64,000 nt of DNA, from the NCBI RefSeq assembly GCF_001194135.2, contig NC_068990.1, positions 88,650,286 to 88,714,285 of the forward strand, in the 5' to 3' direction. Shown here one piece after another: positions 1-12,088 of the stretch; the stretch's first letter is position 1, and every line of letters starts with the position of its first letter. The notes below the pieces were generated by a model that saw only the letters and a program-made list of their open reading frames with translations, was not told where the DNA came from and ran no database searches. The translations under genes were made by a program, and so were the position numbers. The stretch comes from Octopus bimaculoides (taxonomy: Eukaryota).

Positions 1-788
1 GACTCACACCATTCAATCCATATATGTAGTAGGAGAAATTACTCCGGGTCACTTTCTGCATCAAAGTTGTGATGACTAATTAAAATTACACCCTTCACAG
101 CTGGTAAAACCATTATGCTAATCTCTTTTTCTGGTCATTAAATTCAGAAGAGAGAAATTCCTTAAGATAATCACTTTTCTTTTCCCATCTTATTAAAAGA
201 ATAATTTTTGAAGAAATAAAATTCCTTAGCTTGTTACATGAGGTTATGAGTGTCCACATTAACCTCTTAATATTTATTTACTTGGTGATGAATGTGAGAT
301 TATTTTAGTTTTCCAAGACAAAACACTGCAAAATCAATAAAGAGATGGGCAATAATCTTTTCCATGACTAGTTATATTCAGTTACATCCTGCATTTTACC
401 TTTCATACTTCTGTGGTTGATAAAACACGCATTAAATACAGGGTTTTACTAATTTTAATCTACATTCACTGCAGAATTTATTATCATGAATATTGGTAAC
501 ATCAACAATAATTATAAATATTTTTGTTGGTGATGGATTGAGAGAATCATCACAAGATCAGACGAAATGTGTTGTGGAATTTTTTCTGGTCTATTGACTT
601 TTGAGTTTGGATCTGGCTGGTGTCAACTTTTCCTTTTCCAGAGCCCATAAAATAAAATACCAGTCAAGTATAGGGGCCAATTTAATCAATCTGCTCCTAC
701 CTCAGATTTTTGTCCATTTTGTTGTATTAGAAATTATTGAATTTGTTTTTTGTTGTTTACATTTTTCTCAATTTTACTTTAATTCTAG

Positions 789-1028
789 TTACTAAGGTCA
801 ATTTTGTAAAAGTAAAAGGTGCAATTCTGGATGTACCTGGGAAAACTTTGTGGAATAAGGAAAATGTAACAGCAGAAGACTGTGCAGAAAAATGTTTGTT
901 TGACAAAACTTGTTTATCATTTGAAATAATGAAGAAAAGTGGAAAATGTTATTTATCAAAGGAGACTGCAGCTTCCATCAAGAAATTGAAAACAGCCAAA
1001 GACAGAGATTACTACCAACAAATAAAAC
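789..1028 (+). CDS. Exon A1, PAN/Apple type A (240 nt)
   Basis: ttctag|TT ACT AAG ... ATA AAA C|gtaatt; [28 protein letters not shown]...DYYQ. Confidence 0.9.
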
Positions 1029-4000
1029 GTAATTATTTTTTGTGTTTCTCTCTTCTTTTGAAATTTGTGATTCCATTTGTGCTTCACAGTTTATAGAAAA
1101 CCATTTCTGTAAAGATATTGACAGATTTATGTATAAGGACAGACATAAACACATTCCAGAAATAAGTAATTTTAGGAACCATACATACTGTTAGGGTATT
1201 TTCACACTGCACTTGTTTATCTTGAACACTTTTCTGTAATATGTTTATGTTTGTTTCTTTTTTTGTGTGCAACAAAGGAAACACTTGTCATTTTCTTAAA
1301 CATGAATAGTATTGTAGTAGTAGTGGTTTCAAATTTTGGCACAAGTTTTGAAGGAACAGTGTTAGTTCTAACCACCAGCCCCAGTTCTTGACTGGTATTA
1401 TATTGTATCTTCACTGGATGGATGAAAGGCAGTTTTCCTTAGCAGAGTTTTGAACTTGAAATGTAAAGAATTGGAAGATGTATAGCAAGGTAGCATGACA
1501 TTTTCACAGTATCTCACCATTTGTTGCTCTCCTCCATAAATTGATATTTAGAATAAGAAAAAATGTAATGCTAATCAATTTAGTTGTGTATTTCTGATAT
1601 ATTTACATGGTTATGGCTGGAAGCCCATCTTATCACCAATGCTTTTACCAAACCCCTGCTTTATTACTTTAATATCTGAGGAATTGTGAGTGAAGAACAA
1701 GTCGATGAGCAACTGGTCTTGTCTAGTTATTTCTTAATTTGCTTTGCAAGTGAATATGAGCTCTGAGGCAAGAGTAACTGGTTTGTCTTTGGAAAGCTTT
1801 ACCACATGTGTACATATTGCCATGCTACTAAAATCAGAGAAACCGTATACTGGAACTAAAGAGTTCTCACAACATTGATCTCAGAATTTTAGATATTTTA
1901 GACCTCTTCTGATGGTGTGCTTTTTTTTAGGATTAAATTACCAAAAGGATACTTCACATGCTGGTTCACCATTTTTTGAACTATGTTAAAATTCTACAAA
2001 AGCACACCATTATAGGAAGGTACCAATGGATTACATGCAACTTAAATTTTGAAAGAAGGTTTCAAATGAGCCTGAAGATGTTCTACATTCACATGAATTC
2101 TGACTTAATTGTCATTTTGTGCATCAATTATTTGTTTATAATGCAGGCATGTGCAACCCATGGATAATGAACGTTCAATGATGATGATGGTGATGATGAT
2201 GATGACCATTTAAAACAAATTGTGCACTAAATTCTATATAATATTTAATATGTGTGTGTGAATATAAAATGTCTTTCTTGTTTTCTTTCATTTCTTTTTT
2301 ATCTAGCCGATGATGATGTTTTTACATTTAAAAAAACTGCCATACCAGAGCATGATACATTTGATCAGATTAAAGGAATCACTTTAAAGGAGTGTGAAGA
2401 TGCTTGCCTTCAAATTCCAGGATGTAAATCTTATGAGTACCATGAAAAAAAAGAATTCTGTAATCCATCTAATGAGACTCACTTGACTTATGACCTTAAA
2501 CCCAACAAAGATGGATGGGATATACATATCATGAACCCAGGTCAGTGGAGTGTATTCATTAAATTTTATGTGTGTCTGCATGCATATGTCGCTTTTGTGT
2601 GTATCTAGACATGCACATATATTATATATATGTGCACATGCACACACACATATTGTCTCAATATCCTTTTGCAGCTTTTCTTTTTTGCAGCGAACACATT
2701 CTGCAAACTTTTTACCTTCCATTTTTTCCACTTTATGGAAGTCAATATTTTTTCTCTTGACATCCGCCTCAGATGATTTTGCTTTTCTCCCAGTTCTGTT
2801 CTTTCTGGAAGAAAATCCCTCACGTAACTGAGATGTGATGTGAACCTGAAATTTCAAATGGTCATAGTCCTTTGGTGGCGGAGGTGCTTAGTGGCTTTTT
2901 ACATAAACAATATTTGAATCAACTATATTTAGACATAATGCTGGAGATATATGGATCACCATACCTTATATCATGTGGAGGCGCTTGGCTTAGTGGTTAG
3001 GGTGTCAGCACCATGATCGTAAGATTATGGTTTCGATTCCTGGACCGGGCGACGTGTTGTGTTCTTAAGCAAAACACTTCATTTCATGTTGCTCCAGTCC
3101 ACTCAGCTGGCAAAAATGAGTAACGCTGCGATGGACTGGCATCCCATCCAGCTGGGGAACACATATGCCATTGAAACTGGGAAACCGGGCCCATGAGCCT
3201 GGCTAGGCTTTAAAAGGGCGCATTTATTTTTTTATACCTTATGTCAGGACTCCAGTGGTTCCACAGTTGAGGAATCTGCTTGATATCAAACATAGTGTTT
3301 ATAGAAAAAAAGCTCGCATTTCTGCAATATTATTTGGCTTCCATAGTGGATTAGGTCTTCCACGAATAGAAATTATGCATTGAGCATATTTATTTGTTTC
3401 CTCCGTGAGAGTTTCAAAAGTACTTTGCAGTAAAAATGAAAATAAATAGTCCAATAGTTGAACATTGGGAGTTTGACCATGTTGTGGACTAGTTTTGTCT
3501 ACGAAATCAAGAATTATGGTTGATGTAGTAATCTTCAACCATATTGCCATAATGTTTTCAATATCATTTTCATCGCTTCCATTTTTATCACTTTCATTAT
3601 CAAAATTTTCTTCGTTTGATGAAGATTTGTAAATATCAATATCAGATTCGTCTGAAGACAAATCCCTGTTTTTTACATTTATGTTTTGTTTAAAGTTGGA
3701 ATCGCTACTTGCTGATGCCATATCATTAAAAATTAAGGTATGCACTTCTCTTTACCACTGTAGTTTTGATATCACTCCTGGTGGTATTTGCTTTACAATG
3801 AGTTAGGCCTAATGGTAACAACAGTTGCCTCACACTGTGTCCAAGAAATCCCCTACATCTAACTTTGATTGGAAAATGCTCTGCTTTCCAGCTTGCATCT
3901 TCATATTCTTCAAGGAGGTTTTCATAAAGATCAATCTTTCAAACCCAAGCAGCATCAATGTTATTTTTATGAAGAACCATTAACTGAGCTAGATTTACAA

Positions 4001-7000
4001 CTTCCCCCCCCCCCCATCATTTTCAAGTTCATGGTGAAGAAAAAATTTTTTTTAATTCCTATCAAAACAGAGAAAATACATGTGGGTGACCTATTCTGAA
4101 ATAGCACGTTTTTATATGTGTAAGCAAATTTCTTCAATTTGATTCATGCAATATGTTTCGTTGTAACATTGTCATTATTTCCTCATTCTCACCCTCTTCC
4201 TAAAATGCACACACCATTGATATCAATTTCTGTTTTCAATTCCAGCTAATGACAAAATAAACTGTGGACCACCAAGAGACATTGCTGGTACATCAAAGTC
4301 CTACAGTTCCACCAACTACAAAGATGAAGTGACTTACACATGTCCACATGGAGAAAAACTAAAATCAAAATGTGAAAAGGACAACAAATGGACTTCATTA
4401 GATTCTACCTGTGAAGGTAATGCAAATAGCTTCTCTCTTTTCATCTCTATGTAATTTTGTTTTATTTTTATGCTAAATGTCTTTGTCAGAGTAGGACTGG
4501 CTGACTATATGGCAATTTCCACAGTGATTATAGATAGAGGGAGGGAGAAAGGAAGCTATCCTCGGTTCAAAGACCTCCCCAAATACTTGCAATAGAGGGG
4601 AAATCATTTATTCTACCCAAGGGCCAGGTATTAAATTGGATGATGGATTAAGTCTACCAACCAAATAGGAGATATGTGGCAGTTTTTCCCTCCAACAGGC
4701 TTCCACACAGCTTTCATCTACCAAATTTCATCCTTAGTTGTGGAGCAAATTTTTAACCACATAAGCAAGACTCCACCCAGACCACAGAGTTGTGAACTAA
4801 CCTTCTTAACCTCACACTTACACCCAAAGGATTCTATGTGTGTCTTCTCTTAATTTCTAACTTTTTCACCCGTACCATACACCATCAGCCAAAACTCTGT
4901 ACAGTATAGTGCTGTGGGTCCTTCACTAGGATTCAGCAATCCTCTATATATATATATATATATACACACATATATCTTTATGTATGTATGTTGATAGATA
5001 TGTAGTTAAGTAGCTATGTATCTAGATAGGTAAGTAGGTTAGTATGGTGGCTGGTTGGTTCATTGTAATATGTCGGTGGAGAGCACCATATATGAGGCAC
5101 TTCCAGAACTTAGTTTTACTGAGGTGAGCAGGTTGTCCACTTCGTATACTCGGACAGCTCCATCCTTTGTCACCTCCTTTGTGTGGTCCAGCATCTAGAG
5201 ATCAGCTCACTATTTGACCTGATATCTTACTGGGTCTTTTTCTTTCATAAGTTCCTTCCACTTCAAGCAATTGGCATCTTCTTTATATAGCTGCCTTCAT
5301 CTAGACATATTACGTGGCCAAGTCACCAGTCTTCTCTCTTGTACATTGCATTACTCCTATTATGCCTAATTTCTCTGTCAACACATTTGCACTTCTTAGA
5401 GCATGCACACTGATATTGCACATTCTTTGGAGCATGCTAGCTTCATTCATCTCTAGTCTTTGTAAATCCTCTCCATTCACAGTCCACATCTCATAGCTAT
5501 ATAATATAGCTGTTTGTACACAAAGACATAAAAATCTGCCTCTCACTCAGAGATTGATTTTTTGTTGCTAACAAGGGTAATAGCTCTCTGAACTTTCTCT
5601 ATCTCATTTGTAATCAAGGTAATTATACATTCAAAATATCTTCCTCCACTGCTAATTAGGTCACCCATGTAACAGACTTCATGGGGGCTTCCTGGAAAAT
5701 CCAATTCCCATGTGTCTTTAACGTTTATTATTCTTGTACATCTGCTACATACAAAGACTACTTTCTCTGTTAACCTTACAGTAATTCCACTGCACCTGTC
5801 ATATGTCCATATGTTACACAGAGTACATCATATGGAATTCCTACCAACACCTTTCCTACTTACTTAACAGGGCACACACATAATATACATTCACTATTGA
5901 TATCAGTTTCTGTTTTCAATTTCAGCTTTTGAAGACATTGACTGTGGAAATCCAAAAGACATTGCTGGTGCAGAAAAGTCCTATGAAACCACCGCCTATA
6001 AATCTGAAGTGACCTATACTTGCCCAGAGGGAGAGCAACTAAAGTCAATATGTGAAAAGGACAACAAATGGAATCCAATTGTGGAAACCTGTAACGGTAA
6101 CATAAGTAGCTTCTTTCTTGTTCTCTCTGTCTATGTAATTTTGTTTTAGTTTTGAGTTAAATGTGTTTGTCATAGGAAGACTGACTGAATACATGACTAG
6201 TTCCTCAATGTCTGTGGGGGAGAACTAGTTATTCTCAGACCAGGGATCTCACAGACGCTTGCAACAAAGTGGACATCTTTAATTCTACCTAAGGGCTGGG
6301 TAATAGTATTAAGCTGGATGATAGATTAATTCTACCAACCAAGAGCTGGAAGTGTGGACAGTTTTTCCTCACCACTTCCACATATTGGCATCCACATAGG
6401 GGTTCCACACTAAATGTTGAACTTAATATTACAAGCTAACACATCTGACACAGCTTATCCTCTGCTGTAAACTGTTGTTTGGTTCAATACCACCACAAGA
6501 CACTTCAGGTGGTCATGGTGATGGTGATGAACAATACTTAGTCACTGTTTATATATTTATTACAATATCAAGCATTCACATTGACTTGCAATTGCTCATG
6601 TTGAACATAGACCACAAGAATCACACAAACGTAGAAAGGAGAGTGGCCACAGAATTTCATTACATAACTGTTTCTGTCATGACTAGCTTATTAAAAGATA
6701 TAAGTACCATCTTGTTGCACTAAATTATGTATTCCTTGTTTAGACACATGGTCATATATACAGGGGAAGGGACAAAATAATGGAAACACCTAGCATCATA
6801 GCATCATAATTTTGAAATATCTATAAAACCATCAAAAGCTTGTTTATTTTTGTTTTTTGATTTATTATTAGTGTTGCTTAATATGTTTAGCTAAAATTGC
6901 TGTTTCTTTTCAGATATCATCAGAAAAAGGTAATTAAAATTCATTAAAAGGACAGATCTTTTGAACTTTCAAAGAGGTCAAATTGTTGGTGCTCATATGA

Positions 7001-10000
7001 CAGGCACTAGTGTAACGAAAACAGCCAAAATGTTTGGTGTATCAAGAAGTACTGTCTCAAAAGTAATGACAGCCTTTGACAAAGAAGGAAAAACCTCCTT
7101 GTTGAAACAAAACTCTGGAAGAAAACCAAAACTTTCAGATAGGGACTGTTGAACTCTTACATGAATTGGTAGAAAGGATCACAAAAGTACAGCTCCCAAA
7201 ATTACTGCAGAGCTTAATGATCACCTCGAGAACACACTTTCCACAAAAACTGTTCACTGGGAGCTGCACAGAGCCAGATTTCATGGGAGGGCTGCAATCA
7301 GAAAACCACCACTTTCAAAAACAAACGTTGCAACACATTTAGAGTGGAGTAAAAAAACCTACAGAATTGGTCCCTAGATCAGTGGAAGAATTTTATTTTC
7401 TCGGATGAGTCATCCTTTACCTTATTTCCGACCACTGGCTGAGTATACGTGTGGAGACAGCCAAAAGAAGCATTTGACCCAGACTGCCTTCTTTCAACTG
7501 TTAAACATGGAGGAGGTTCTGTGATGATCTAGTGGGAGATTCACTCTCAGTATGTGTATGTGTGATGGGGTGTTGGGGTTAAAATTATTGTGTTAATGTC
7601 TTATTTTGGTCATGAAATTCAGAAGAGAGAGCCTTGGAAATCCTCTGGCCCAATGGTTTCCTTTCATGGCAGAATTAATAGTCAAGACTGTTTAAGCATT
7701 TTATCCGATCAAATTCATCCTATGCTTGCAGAACTGTTTTTGGAAGGAAATGCAATCTTTCAGGATGATAATGCACCAATTCACACAGCTAAAGTTGTTA
7801 CTGAATGGCACGAGGAACATTCTAGTGAAGTTGAACATCTTATCTCGCCACCACAGTCCCCAGATCTCAATATTATTGAACATTTATGGTGCATTTTAGA
7901 AAAGCAAGTAAGGAGTCGATGTCTTCCACCATCACTACAAGAACTGGGGACTGTTTTAGCTGAAGAATGGACAAAAATTCCTTTGGAAACAATTCAAACT
8001 TTGAACGAGTCTTTCAAACTTTCTCATAGAATTCAAGCTGTAACTACTGCCAAAGGTGGTCCTACCACATATTAAAATAAATTTGTTTGAAATTTTAAGA
8101 TGCTTCCATTATTTTGTCCAACCCCTGTATTTAGGGAAAACAATGAGATTGTGTGATTTCAAGTGCACTAAATGCCTCTATAAAATGAAGTGAATTGCAC
8201 TGAGGATCAAACCCATATCATTGACACACTTCACTTAATTCCTATTTATACTAAAAGAATACCTATGGCAAAATAATCAGGGTCACTTCCTGCATGGAAA
8301 ACAAATAGCAAAGTGACTACTCGTTGAACCAAAATATTATGATTAATTAAAGATTCACTCTTAGTATGTGTGTGATGGTGTGTCAGGGTTAAAATTATTG
8401 TGTTAATGTTTTATTTTGGTCATGAAATTCAGAAAAGTGAGCCTTGTGAAGATAATCTCTTTTCTTTTTGTCATCTCATTAAAAGTAAAATTTCCACAAA
8501 TTAAAATTTCTTGGTTTGCTAATTTAAGTTGTGAGTGTCCATATTTACGACATAGTTATATGATTCACAAGATGGTGATGGAAGGGAAATGATTTTTGCT
8601 TTCCCAGACAAACCTTTGAAAATTAGTAAAGTGGTGAGCTACATCCTTTTACATTCTCAGTTCAAATCCCAAAAAGTAGTGTTTCACCTTATATACTTCT
8701 TATAAAACAAGTGCTTGTCAAGTACTGAGGTTGATGTATATTCACTGCTCAATGAGTAGCCTTGTGTTTGAGTTAGGAACCATTATCATTAATATTGTTA
8801 CCATCAATAAAAATTATAAATATTTTTCTGTCAAGGATGTATCCATAGAATCGTTTGAGTGTCAGACAAAATGAGTTGTGGCATTTGTTCTGGTTCTTTA
8901 GCTTCAGAGTTTAAATGCTGCTGATGTTAACTTTGCCCTTCTAGGGCCAATGAAATATGATACTGGTCAGTTGTAGATGCCAATTTCGTTGATCAATTCC
9001 TACCTCAAAGTTTTAACTTAACCTCAATGATGAAAAGTTGTTGTTTTTATAGTATATGTTATTGTTTATTGGTTTAAATTTTCCTTTAATTGTAGATGCT
9101 CAGATCCATTTTGTGAAAGTAAAAGGTGCAGCTATAGTTATAACTGGGAAAACTGTGTGGAAGAAGAAAAATTTAACAGCAAAAGACTGTGCAGAAAAAT
9201 GTTTGTCTGTCCCAAAATGTTTATCATTTGAAGTAAATTTAGAAAAAGGAAAATGTTTCTTATCAAAGTATACTGCAACTTCCTCCAAGAAAATTAAGAA
9301 AATCAATATCAGAGATTACTACCAACGAGTAAATTGTAATTATTTTTTGTATTTTATTATAGAAACTAGCAATGCACCCCAGCATTGCCTGGGTGTTATG
9401 TCCTACAGCCACATTGTAATATTTGTTCCTTTCTTATGGGCGGAATCAGCATTCGAGGAGCATCAAGCAAACAATTTTGTTTATAAACATGTTTTTCAGT
9501 AATTTTCTGATGAACAATGCTGAAATTTTTGGCACCAAAAACATGTACAATGGCAGCTTAGATTAGAAGAAAATCCTAACATTGACCTCAAAATGACCTC
9601 AATATTGTGTGATCCAGCCTCGTTTTGGTGTTAATTTTTCTAGTAAAATAGGGTTACTGTTCAAAAAACTTACTTTATGCTGGTAGCTGAAAGATTGCTC
9701 AGTCTTTTGATATCCCATATAGCAAATATTGGTAACTCAGTTTCATGGCTACAACTTGGGTAATGTAGAAGCTGAAATAGTTCTTACTCGTCCCATGATA
9801 TTTGTTGATAATACACATATACATGTACGTTAGCTTCCCCAATGAAAAGGCCATGTTCAAAAGTATTATGGTTTTCAGCAAGCATATTTGGTATCAGCTT
9901 ATACCACTGTTGAGGTCAACAGAATAAAAAGGGACTTTTTGGTTGTATGTATATGTATATATATATAAGGATGTGGGTAAATAGGGTTAGTGGTGTGGGC

Positions 10001-12051
10001 AGTTTGGCATAAATGTATAGGGACGCTCTGCTTCTTGAAAATAAATGGGTTATGCTGTTATGCAGAAGTGGGGCAGTAGTAAGAGAGCAATGTATGGTTT
10101 CATGACTGATGAATGGTGAAAGCCTAAGAAATAAAATAAAGTATATTAACAAGTTGCACAAGAAAAGGACTTTGTGTTGCTTTTGAGTGCAACCATGCAA
10201 AAATAAGCAATCGAGACTTAGGGATGTAAAGAAATTGATGCCAAATGAGGATGTAGAGGTATCCATATTGCAGAAGGTAAGGTACATAGAAAGGAAGCTG
10301 CTTCATTGTGGAAAGTGCCATCTCTGTAATGTTTGGGCAGACTGCATACTTCAGCAAATGTTCAGTGAAGCTGGCAATGCTTCTAGGTAAACTATATTTT
10401 GTGTGTCTTCAGTTTTGGAAGAATAAACATACATGCAACCCTTCTTTCCAAAACATTTTTTTACCAGGAAAATTGGAAGAATGACACAATATACACTCTC
10501 TCTAACAAAACAGATAATTGGATAATCGTATTAATTCCATTATGCAGAAGGCAGAATCGAGAATATTTTGTGAAAATTCTTAAAAATAAAAAGTTACGAG
10601 GGGTTTTAGTATGTGCTTTGATTAGAACTCCGCCGACCTTTTTTTATTTTGTAATTTGTGTTTGTGATGAGCGTATTTAAAAACCTGATCTTCGATATAA
10701 ACTTAAAAGGAAGTTCTTTCAGAAATTGTGTCCTTTAGCTGTTGTTTGTAGCATGTCAGAGGTGACATTTGCACCCCAACTTTTTTTTTCCAAAATTTCT
10801 TTGTATTCCTATGTTTTTCACATTGGAGATGAGGATTTTGCCCTAAAACCACGTTTCCAAAATTTTAATTTTCTCCTCACAGTCCGAACTTTAAAAAAAT
10901 TTTTTTTTTAAATTTTTTAATTTTTTTTTTTTGTAATTTGTTTTATGAATGGACAATATATTATTTTTTTAAAAATCCATCCACAAAAAAATTTTTGGCC
11001 ACAAGACTTTTAAGAATGAATACATAACAAGAACCTACCTGAATGTTTCAGTTGTAGGTAATCTATTTGTATATCTCTCTTCTTATGCTCTGCTTTTATT
11101 TTAGACTAAATGGTCATAAAAACACTTGATATGTTGGTTGACAACCTGTTTAAGGGGGTATTAAAACCATCCCATTAAAGAAGACAAAGTTTCCAATAAG
11201 TCTAAAGATGTTCTACAGCTCTCATAAATTCTGGTTGGGCTATCATTTTGTGGATCATTTATTTGTTTTTAATAAATCGGCTGTTTACAAAATAAAGCAC
11301 CATATTCTCCACAATATTTAATATATGCTTGAAAATGTATGTGTGTGTTTTTCTTTGTTTGTTTCAGTAGGTGGATGTGTATAAAATATATTTCGTTTTA
11401 TATTTTATTTCAGTTGATGGAGGGCCTGTTATGCTGCAAAGGGTTGGCATACCAAAGAAGGCTACTTTAGGACGGCTTAAGAATAAAACCGTAAATGAGT
11501 GTGATAAGGCTTGTCAACAATATGTAGGATGTAACTCTTATCAGTACAATGCTGAAGCTAAATTGTGTGATCTGAGTAATGTGACTCAGTTGACTGATGA
11601 ACTTAAACCCAACGATGGAGAATGGGATATATACTTAGCTAACCCAGGTCAGTAGAGTGTTTCTATTTTATTTATTTTGTGTGCCATATGTATATAAATA
11701 TAAATATATATTACATGCATATATAAATATACATATGTATTGAGACCTTTGGTACTATGTCGTGCCTAAGAAGACCCATCAAGCCAAGTAAAATCCCAGT
11801 CATAGCAGATACTGGTGTCATGCAAATGGCACCCATGCCCGTGGCACATAAAAGCACCTATTACACTCTCAGAGCAGTTAGCATTAAGGAGGACATCCAT
11901 CCATAGAAACCATGCCAAATCAGATTGGAATCTGGTGCAGCCTTCCTTCCAGCTGGCCAGCCCTGGTCAAACTGCCCAACCCATGACAGAATGTACAACA
12001 GATGTTAAATAATGATGGTGATGATGATGAGGAGGATGATGATGATGATGA

Positions 12052-12088
<37 letters not shown>

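Noticed and set aside
1029-1096. Hydrophobic C-terminal tails on A- and B-exon ORFs as TM or GPI anchors of single-exon genes
   Set aside because: They lie beyond conserved GT donors, vary in length and frame between paralogs, and reflect T-rich intron starts; exon lengths from AG to GT are near-constant.
5860-6078. Minus-strand ORFs overlapping exons (e.g. 5860-6078, 9100-9306, 32517-32804, 35768-35974, 53501-53701)
   Set aside because: Antisense shadows of the real + strand exons, with no independent splice signals or motifs.
9329-9335. Alternative upstream GT donor in A exons (CGA|GTAAAT type)
   Set aside because: It would give phase 0, and it is absent (ATA) in A1, A8, A10 and A12, whereas the downstream GTAATT is present throughout.
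10560-11165. Possible TTAA-flanked DNA transposon (Kolobok-like) in the A2-B2 intron
   Set aside because: The sequence looks inserted, but I could not establish matching termini or coding remnants by eye.
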